Assembly (NCBI GenBank): GCA_964019335.1
Contig: OZ025707.1
Coordinates: 447,803-511,802 of the forward strand
DNA length: 64,000 nucleotides
Direction: 5' to 3'
Source of the DNA: Diplonema japonicum
Lineage: Eukaryota > Protista > Euglenozoa: Diplonemea
Shown piece by piece: positions 57,270 through 64,000 of the stretch. The first letter of the stretch is position 1. Each line of letters opens with the position of its first letter. The position numbers were made by a program, and so were the translations under genes. The notes beneath the pieces are model-generated. The model saw only the letters and a list, made by a program, of their open reading frames with translations. It ran no database searches and was not told where the DNA came from.

Positions 57270-59864
57270 ATGAGAAACAAACCTCAAGCAAGTCGGCGAT
57301 GCGGCGGGGGGTGGATCATAAGCAGCTTAGAACAACACGCCCATAGCGAATGGGAGGAAACCCAACGAAGGAGGAAGGCCGCAACTTTGAAGGTCACGTC
57401 CGACCACGCCTATGCGTCGCTGCAAGACAGCGCACCTCAAGTCCAAGAAACGACAACACCACCACCACCACCACCAGAAGATCTTGCCCCAAAGACGGAA
57501 CAACCACACGGGGCCACCATGCAAGGACACCTTGCTTCTATGCGGACCAAGACCACTCAGAAGACAACAATGAAACTAAGCACCTCTGAGGAAGCGCATC
57601 TCAACAAGCTGAGAGCGGAACTGAAAATGCACAAAGAGGTGAAGCCCATCGATGCACAGTACAAAACCATCGCAAAGGACGAAATGGTCCGCCTGCTGCG
57701 CATGATGGGCGGGCAAGAGCTCTCCCAGGAGGCGGTGGCCTCCCTTGCCGCTATGGGCATCGACACATCAGTTCTCGACAATGCCAACCTAACGAGCGTC
57801 AATGACATGACTGTGCGTGATGTTCGCATTCGCAACCTTGACAACCCACCCATCGGTATTGATATGCTTCCTGCCATGCGCACTACCGCGGATGCCATTG
57901 AAAGCAACGGCCACGCAGGCTTCGCAAAGCTCTTCCTTGCCCCCGAGGTCACTCGTTACGGCACGCTTCTCTTCTGGTTTGTTTTCGCCGCCTTTTTTCA
58001 GAAGTCCGACCTCCCGCTCTTCCGCGACCGGCTCAATGAGGGGACAACCCTGCAGCTCCGGCTCTACCCTCCTTCCAACAAAACCTTTTTCGAGTTCTTC
58101 CACACTGCCATGTCGCAGGCCATCTGCATCACCCACATCAAAGCCTTCAAGGGCAGCGAGTTCTGCTTCAAAAGAACATGGGCCGACCGTGTGTATGTTC
58201 TGATATTTCAGCTTTTAACTGGGCTGATCCACACCGAGCAGGCCTGCGCTTCGATCAGACGAAAGACATTTAAGAACGGGCCTGCCTCGCTTCCAGCGGA
58301 CAAACCGGTCAAAAAGGAGGACCCAGCCCCTCCAAAGGCAACGGAGGACAGCCACGTCGTGAAGCAGCATCCGTTGAGGGAGCTTGCAATCGGTTGCCAG
58401 AACGCGTGGGGTGCGTACGATGTAGGGGTGTACCTCCCTAGGGGGTCGCTTGTCGATGGTGTGCAGCACGCTGAGGCTTCGATACAGACAATGCAGAAGC
58501 AGTGCACGTTCAACCTGAAGAAGGAGCGATACAAGTTCGGGCGGTTTCCTGTCAACATCAACATCGGGCAGTTTGAGGCCGACTTCAACATCTTCAACTC
58601 GCAGATCTTGGACTACGACGTCGCCATGAAACACCGCAGCGGCCAGGTTCGCAGGAAGCCTGCCCACACGGCCTCTGTCACGAACCCGCTTCACTTCGCG
58701 CCAATAAACAATAATTTTTCATCGGAGTACCAAAGCCTCGTGAGGGGGGAACCTACACGTGTCAAGGCAGCAGGCAGCAAGCCCCTCCCCCCTGGCTGCT
58801 ACTACGAAACTTCCACTCAGCATTCGCAGATGTCACAGGACAGAATGGACGACATCACACACAGGCACTCGTACGTGAAGCCCCCGTCGCCCCGGTGCGA
58901 TCCCTTTGCTCTGGAGCTCTGCAGGTCGGCGTTCCGAAAGGCGTTGGACGAGTACACGTTTGTGTACAGCGATGCAAAGGCCCCCAACACAGATAGGATA
59001 GAACGAAGGGCAACAATGGACCTGAAGAACATAACACGGCTCATCGGCGCTGGGCGTCGCGCTGCCAACCGGCTGGCCTTGTCAGTGGCGTCTCTCACAC
59101 TTGCCGCTGCAGCGTTGGTTGGTGTGTGTGAGAACGTCATTGCAAGCCCCACAACAGAGTACGATGAGGAGGTCAAGTCGATGATGAGCGACATCCTTAT
59201 TTCTCCCGAGAAGAACACCACAAAGCTAACCGAGTTGCTTCGGCACGAGGCGCCCGATAAGCGGAGTGCTCCTGTTCGCAGTCAGCATTTGGAGCCAACC
59301 ACCGCCACCGCTGAGACATCTCCGAAGGCGTCCAAGAAACGCCAGTTTAAGAGATCCTGCAGACGAGGCGCGAACGGGATGATCACAGTGCCGACCTACC
59401 TCTATGACGTGAGTCCTGTCATCAAGGGCACCATGGGGGCACCGATGGAAATGCGTGTGTCTCAGAAGGTGATGATGCGGACACTGACCTTTGGGGGTGC
59501 GGAATTGGGCAAGTACGAGAAAGCGACGGAGATCAAGAAGATTCACGATAAAAACGAAAAGATGGAGCGAGAGCAGGCTGTTTCCCTGTACACAAGCAAC
59601 CTGCGCAAGCGGAACCACTTGGAACAGGATATTGACAGGATTGATAAAGTGCAGAGTAAGGCGAATAGCGACTCTAAGAAACGTTCTGAGTTCTGCGACC
59701 AGATAGCCTCCGAGTCCAGGCTGCAGACCACTGCCATGCGACGGGACGACAACGCCTTCAGCGGCACCATCCTGGCGCAGGCGGCGATGGGAGTTGTGCA
59801 CTCGCTTGAAAAGCAGCTTCGCAAGTTCGACGGAAAACCCGCACCCAGATCGCAAAGGAGGTGA
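57270..59864 (+). CDS. FAM227-like protein (FWWh domain)
   Basis: LLFWFVFAAFFQ…FFEFFHTAMSQAICITHIKAFKGS.FCF…IFQLLTG matches the recalled FWWh pattern. Confidence 0.6.
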   Translation: MRNKPQASRRCGGGWIISSLEQHAHSEWEETQRRRKAATLKVTSDHAYASLQDSAPQVQETTTPPPPPPEDLAPKTEQPHGATMQGHLASMRTKTTQKTTMKLSTSEEAHLNKLRAELKMHKEVKPIDAQYKTIAKDEMVRLLRMMGGQELSQEAVASLAAMGIDTSVLDNANLTSVNDMTVRDVRIRNLDNPPIGIDMLPAMRTTADAIESNGHAGFAKLFLAPEVTRYGTLLFWFVFAAFFQKSDLPLFRDRLNEGTTLQLRLYPPSNKTFFEFFHTAMSQAICITHIKAFKGSEFCFKRTWADRVYVLIFQLLTGLIHTEQACASIRRKTFKNGPASLPADKPVKKEDPAPPKATEDSHVVKQHPLRELAIGCQNAWGAYDVGVYLPRGSLVDGVQHAEASIQTMQKQCTFNLKKERYKFGRFPVNINIGQFEADFNIFNSQILDYDVAMKHRSGQVRRKPAHTASVTNPLHFAPINNNFSSEYQSLVRGEPTRVKAAGSKPLPPGCYYETSTQHSQMSQDRMDDITHRHSYVKPPSPRCDPFALELCRSAFRKALDEYTFVYSDAKAPNTDRIERRATMDLKNITRLIGAGRRAANRLALSVASLTLAAAALVGVCENVIASPTTEYDEEVKSMMSDILISPEKNTTKLTELLRHEAPDKRSAPVRSQHLEPTTATAETSPKASKKRQFKRSCRRGANGMITVPTYLYDVSPVIKGTMGAPMEMRVSQKVMMRTLTFGGAELGKYEKATEIKKIHDKNEKMEREQAVSLYTSNLRKRNHLEQDIDRIDKVQSKANSDSKKRSEFCDQIASESRLQTTAMRRDDNAFSGTILAQAAMGVVHSLEKQLRKFDGKPAPRSQRR

Positions 59865-60631
59865 ATCTGCTAAAAGATAAGAACTTAACTTGGGTTATTT
59901 TACAATTTCCAGTTAATTGTAGTTCTTTGTATTACCACTTATAATTTGTATCTTGCAGTGCTAGGGACTTTTTTGCTTTTGGGACTTGGCTTAGATGTCT
60001 CTTGGGTAAAAGAATATCGGTTCGTGATGGTTCTAAAAAAACTCGGTTTTTTTTTTTTTTTGTCTTTCCCTTTTCCAACCTTGTTGAGCATTTGTGAGAC
60101 ATTGGGGAATTTTGAACTAATCGGGTGTTTTGCGCATTTTGAAAACCGATTCATTAAACTTAGGGGTCTAGTTGGCTCTTTTGGGTAGGCAATAAAATAG
60201 CTCATCGATGCTATAAACTAGTCTTTGGTATTGTTAAAACAAAAATTAAAGTAAGAATGGATGAAAGTAGTGAACTGTCTTTTTCTTTCTTTGCACCACC
60301 ACGCACCGAAATTTATCAAATTTTCTTTTTTGCTTTTCCAAGAAAACCAATAACTGTAGTGAATTGTTTTTGCTAAAAGAGTCGAGGCAGCTTTCTTCAA
60401 CCTTAGCCTTCTGCAGGACAAAACCGACTTTAACTCAAAGTTAAAAGTAGTTCTGGTGATCTCTATCTATTATTCTTCTTTTTCTTATTCATTTGGCTTC
60501 TTTCAAAACAAGTACACTGGGAAAATAAAAGAACAAAGCAAAAAGGGCGTGGGGGGGGGGGGGGGGAAGAACGAAACTAAAGGAACATGAATGGAAGAGA
60601 AAGAGATCAGACGAGGGGATGAACGATAACA

Positions 60632-61046
60632 GTGTTCGTGAAGACGGGAGGCGGGGTTCACGATGTGGAATTGTCGGGGAAGGAGACGGTGGGGAGCCGG
60701 GTGTGCTCGAAGGCAAGTTCAAACTGGTTTAGGAGAGGTCCTGAACGCGGTGAATCTTCAGGACTTGGGCTCGTGGAGGGCTGCGTGGTGGAGGTGAAGA
60801 TGAGAACCGTTCAGCTGGAGGACCTTAGAGCTCAGAAGTCGCTTCGGAGCTTGAGGGCTGACCCTGAGCTAGTTCTGGTGGTGGCGGTCAGTTCCTTGTT
60901 GTCACCGACCCCTCGTCATCCTAGGACATGCCTTCTTCAACGCGTGCGACAAGATGTCGCAGATCTGGATCGGGTGGTACGCCGACGAGGGCCGCGAGCA
61001 GTCCGCAGCCTTTTACAAGGGCCATATCATCGAGGACCTGCACACG
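60632..61046 (+). pseudogene. Decayed chimeric coding fragments (ubiquitin-like piece, DUF4116-like piece, second unrelated fragment)
   Basis: VFVKTGGGVHDVELSGKETVG…LGLVEGCVVEV, SLRADPELVLVVAV; in another frame from 60903, HRPLVILGHAFFNACDKMSQIWIGWYADEGRE…, cut off by GCAAAC repeats and the SL exon. Confidence 0.4.
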
Positions 61047-61064
61047 GCAAACGCGCAAACCCGC

Positions 61065-61103
61065 AACCAACGATTCTAAAGCTACAGTTTCTGTACTTTA
61101 TTG
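61065..61103 (+). ncRNA. Complete 39-nt spliced-leader (mini-exon) sequence, diplonemid type; relic or insertion-site copy rather than a normal SL RNA gene
   Basis: AACCAACGATTCTAAAGCTACAGTTTCTGTACTTTATTG: 39 nt, ending in the conserved euglenozoan CAGTTTCTGTACTTTATTG. Followed by GTCGTT instead of the usual GTATG of the SL intron. Confidence 0.9.
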
Positions 61104-61275
61104 GTCGTTCGTGTTCTGCTGGTGCCTGCCGCCTCTGCCTGGGTTTGCCGCTGCGTCCGTCGTCCGTCGTCGCCGTCGTCCGGGGGGGTTGTTTTGCCCG
61201 TCGGCCTGCCCGCCGCTTACCGAAAGGATCCCCTCCCCCAACACACACTTTAAAAAAAAATAAAAAAAATAAAAA

Positions 61276-64000
61276 ATGGATCCAAGACGGAACGCAAGAG
61301 GAGGTGACCGCGCAAACCGCAGGGAGAAGGAACCCCGACAGGCCGCCAGGCTGCACACGACGCCAGGGCCGACCCAACCAGACTATCTGGTTGGGCAGTA
61401 TGAATCCCCACCCCCTAGATCCCCCCACCCCCCTTTAGAAAAAAAAAATAAAATAAAAAAATCACTAGCAGAGACCGCGGTTTTGACCGCCGCTGCTACA
61501 GCCACGGCCGCCCCAGCCGCCCTGAACGCCGCAGCCGACCCTGCCGCCCTGATCGCCGCAACTGAGACCGCCGCAGCCGCCCCTGCCGCAGCCACGACCG
61601 CCGCGACCACGACCCCTGCAGCCGACCCTGCTATTGTTGAAGAGGGAAGAAAAGAGGGAGAAAAAAAGGGGTGGGTACTGGTGTATGGTGAACACCCTCC
61701 CGGGTTGAGGACGGGCCCTGCCCCTGCCTTCCCGAAAGCCCTGCTTTCAGGAAAGTGGGAGGCCCTGTCTGGGAACTCAGGGAGGGAGACCCTCCAATAC
61801 GGGTACCGGTGGGAGGGGACGAACGCCAAGGTGCGCCCCACCACGGGGATCCCAGGGGGGGCGGAGGGGTGGGTGAGGGAGGTGGCCGCCGCCGCAGGAC
61901 TCAAGGTGGTCCCCAACCAGGTACTTGTCAACAAGTACAAGTCTGGTTGTGGGATTGCCGCCCACAAGGACGACGCGAGGCTGGGACCGATTGTCCTAGT
62001 CCTCTCGTACGGAGCCGAGACCACAATGGTCATGAGGAGGGGGGACAGGGTGGCGAGATACCTGGTGCCCCCCTTCTCATGGGCACTGTTGGAAGGTGAA
62101 GCGAGACACCAGTGGACGCACCACATCCCGTCCGGGATGTCCACTGGTGTCAGGGTGTCGATCACCCTGCGTGCGGTAGGCCCCAAGCTCACCCGCACAC
62201 CCCAGGAAGACCCATCCCCTGGGTTAACAGACGAACCCCCTTTTTTAGATCCCCTTTTTTGTGGGCAAGGGGGGGTGGCACTCCCGAGAGAGGATAGTGC
62301 CCCACCCGCCCCCTTTTTTTTTTTAGAACCCTCTTCGGAGGAAAACAGACCCTCTTCGGAGGAAAATAGAGAGAAAGGGGAAGAGGTGGCACTCCCGAGA
62401 GAGGGTGGTGCTCCTCCCCCCCATTTGTCCCCCCCTTTTTCATTTTTAGAGCCCTCTCCAGAGGAACCCTCCACGGAGGTAAAAAACAGACCCTCTTCGG
62501 AGGAAAACAGAGAGAGAGGGGAAGAGGTGGCACTCCCAAGAGAGGGTAGTGTTCCTCCCCCCCATTTGTCCCCCCCTTTTTCTTTTATAGAGCCCTCTCC
62601 AGAGGGACCCTCCACGGAGGTGAAAAACAGACCCTCTTCGGAGGAAAAAAAGGCAGAGGGAGAGACAGCACGCCCGAGAGAAGGTAGTGCCCCTCCCTCT
62701 CTGCCCCCCATTTTTTCTGGACCCTCTACGGAGGTGTACACCCTGGTCCCCAAGGGCCGGGGGCTTTTTTTGAGGGTGGAAGGGAAAGAAAAAAAAAAAA
62801 CAAACAAGGAGGAACCTTTTTTCTTTTCAAACAACCAGGGGGACCCAGCATCCACCCCCACCGCCCGCCAAGGTGTGGTTGGGGCGGAGGCTGCGAGCGA
62901 CGTGAGAGCACCACTGCACACCCTTGTGAGAAGACAGAAAAGAGCCCCCTGGATTGCCATGGGTGGCAGGGAACCTAAGCCAGCGCCCAAGCGGAAGAAG
63001 AACAGGAGGAGGCACAGGAGCGAAACGGCCCTTCAGAGGCGTCGGGAGAAGAGGACCAAGGCGAGGGAGGGGGCGAGGGAGGCTGCCAGACAGGAGAAGA
63101 AAAGGCACCGTCGTGCGAGGAAAGAAGGGAGGAGGAGGGCCCGCAGAGAGGAACACGAGGCCGCCCTGGAACAGAAGCCAGATGACCCTGCAATGGGGCT
63201 GAAGCGGACCGAGGTGGGAACGCCTGGAGCCCAACCCCTGGCACCCAGAATCCCGGCACCTGGGGCTGCAACCGGCGCAAGGAGGCACCGCAGACGGACG
63301 GGACACAGCAAGGAAGGGGTGAGATGGGAGCACCTGGGGGCGTGGGCCTGGGTCGCCCTGTTCTCCCTCTTGCTGATCCCAGGGGTGAGGCAGGTGCTGG
63401 GGGCGGGCGTCGGGATGGCCCCCTCCTTCCTGCATGCGGCAGTGTTGTGGAAGAGGCCGGGGAGCGACAGGAGGACCACCCGCAGGTCAAGGGTACAGGT
63501 GGGGCCCCGAGGGGATGAATGGTCCGCCGGGGAGCTCGCTTGGCTAGCGGTAGGGGGCACTCTGGTGGGAAGCACTTCAGTTTGGATAGGGCTGATGTCG
63601 CTCTGGGCCATGGCGGAAGTGATGGTGGGGAAAGCTGGTGCTGGCCCGACCCAGAGATTCGGACCGGTAAAGCTGAAGAAGACAAGACGCGGATCGAGAG
63701 GTCACTACCGGCCGGTGTACTTGGGCCCGCCTAGAAGCTCAAGACGCAGAAAAAAGAAGGAGGACGCCAAGCAAGCGGCGAAGGAACGAGCTGAGACGGA
63801 GGATAAGCTCTTTCAGGCCGAACACCTGGACGCAAACCCGCAAACCCGCAAACCCCGCAAACCCGCAAACCCGCAAACCCGCAAACCCGCAAACCCGCAA
63901 ACCCGCAAACCCGCAAACCCGCAAACCCGCAAACCCGCAAACCCGCAAACCCGCAAACCCGCAAACCCGCAAACCCGCAAACCCGCAAACCCGCAAACCC
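61276..64000 (+). CDS. Unannotated ORF, stop-free to the window end (~850 codons before the repeat array): Ala/Thr linker, AlkB-family 2OG-Fe(II) dioxygenase, in-frame repeats, Arg/Lys-rich and hydrophobic segments
   Basis: Manual translation from ATG 61276 (MDPRRNARGG…) finds no stop. GRETLQYGYRW…PNQVLVNKYKSGCGIAAHKDD…IVLVLSYG…LLEGEARHQWTHHIP…RVSITLR (~61740-62175) carries NxY, HxD…H and RxSxTxR. It is absent from the ORF track, presumably because it has no stop inside the window. Confidence 0.85.
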   Translation, partial: MDPRRNARGGDRANRREKEPRQAARLHTTPGPTQPDYLVGQYESPPPRSPHPPLEKKNKIKKSLAETAVLTAAATATAAPAALNAAADPAALIAATETAAAAPAAATTAATTTPAADPAIVEEGRKEGEKKGWVLVYGEHPPGLRTGPAPAFPKALLSGKWEALSGNSGRETLQYGYRWEGTNAKVRPTTGIPGGAEGWVREVAAAAGLKVVPNQVLVNKYKSGCGIAAHKDDARLGPIVLVLSYGAETTMVMRRGDRVARYLVPPFSWALLEGEARHQWTHHIPSGMSTGVRVSITLRAVGPKLTRTPQEDPSPGLTDEPPFLDPLFCGQGGVALPREDSAPPAPFFFLEPSSEENRPSSEENREKGEEVALPREGGAPPPHLSPPFSFLEPSPEEPSTEVKNRPSSEENRERGEEVALPREGSVPPPHLSPPFSFIEPSPEGPSTEVKNRPSSEEKKAEGETARPREGSAPPSLPPIFSGPSTEVYTLVPKGRGLFLRVEGKEKKKTNKEEPFFFSNNQGDPASTPTARQGVVGAEAASDVRAPLHTLVRRQKRAPWIAMGGREPKPAPKRKKNRRRHRSETALQRRREKRTKAREGAREAARQEKKRHRRARKEGRRRARREEHEAALEQKPDDPAMGLKRTEVGTPGAQPLAPRIPAPGAATGARRHRRRTGHSKEGVRWEHLGAWAWVALFSLLLIPGVRQVLGAGVGMAPSFLHAAVLWKRPGSDRRTTRRSRVQVGPRGDEWSAGELAWLAVGGTLVGSTSVWIGLMSLWAMAEVMVGKAGAGPTQRFGPVKLKKTRRGSRGHYRPVYLGPPRSSRRRKKKEDAKQAAKERAETEDKLFQAEHLDANPQTRKPRKPANPQTRKPANPQTRKPANPQTRKPANPQTRKPANPQTRKPANPQT
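62275..62730 (+). repeat. Coding minisatellite, ~4 units spaced 111/141/138 nt
   Basis: gtggcactcccgagagag…gccctctccagaggaaccctccacggagg…aaacagaccctcttcggaggaaaa units start at 62275, 62386, 62527 and 62665. Confidence 0.85.
63831..64000. repeat. (GCAAACCC)n 8-mer tandem array, about 21 units, runs off the window; telomere-like composition
   Basis: Seen directly; one unit has an extra C near 63855. A short version gcaaacgcgcaaacccgc lies at 61047-61064. Confidence 0.95.

Noticed and set aside
2711-60600. Numerous poly-Lys/Phe/Gly/Pro ORFs in spacers and minus-strand ORFs over genes
   Set aside because: Products of homopolymer tracts or antisense shadows.
61065-61200. Canonical SL RNA gene
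   Set aside because: No GTATG-type SL intron, evident Sm site, T-tract terminator or tandem array, and the upstream sequence looks coding.
60632-61438. 268-aa ORF as a real gene
   Set aside because: It has no ATG start and reads through decayed fragments, the repeat, the SL exon and the leader.
61383-62990. 535-aa minus-strand ORF
   Set aside because: Antisense shadow of the + strand AlkB ORF, which carries the recognisable motifs.
63731-63996. RVCGFAGL-repeat ORFs
   Set aside because: Translations of the 8-mer satellite.
62275-64000. CRISPR-like array
   Set aside because: The repeats are tandem without unique spacers, there are no cas genes, and the context is eukaryotic.

Overview
Eukaryotic (euglenozoan, most likely diplonemid) nuclear DNA. 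The evidence is a complete 39-nt Diplonema-type spliced-leader (SL) exon at 61065-61103, a euglenozoan-type LSU rRNA fragment, and about 23 protein genes all on the + strand separated by homopolymer-rich spacers. Recognisable genes: a NELF-C/D (TH1) homologue, RABL6, an XRN2/Rat1-type exoribonuclease with added CCCH and RRM domains, a four-repeat voltage-gated cation channel with an atypical S/D/D/D filter, a bacterial-type UDP-galactopyranose mutase, a FAM227/FWWh-like protein, a pseudo-caspase/IQ protein, a small glutaredoxin-like protein, an ankyrin protein, coiled-coil proteins and a divergent paralogue pair. Many genes are split by tiny (33-73 nt) GT-AG introns, often A-rich with no polypyrimidine tract, which the ORF track misses. 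Mobile DNA: a decayed Sola2-like transposon (30041-31781), a related ~1 kb non-autonomous element (26329-27333), a ~175-bp MITE, and captured rRNA and CDS fragments. The most striking feature is at the right end: a genomic SL exon followed by a GC-rich leader and an unannotated stop-free ORF (61276 to the window end). The ORF encodes an apparently intact AlkB-family dioxygenase domain and is bracketed on both sides by (GCAAACCC)n, suggesting a trans-spliced, repeat-associated retroelement or retrocopy. All calls come from reading the sequence and recalled family motifs; no searches were run.
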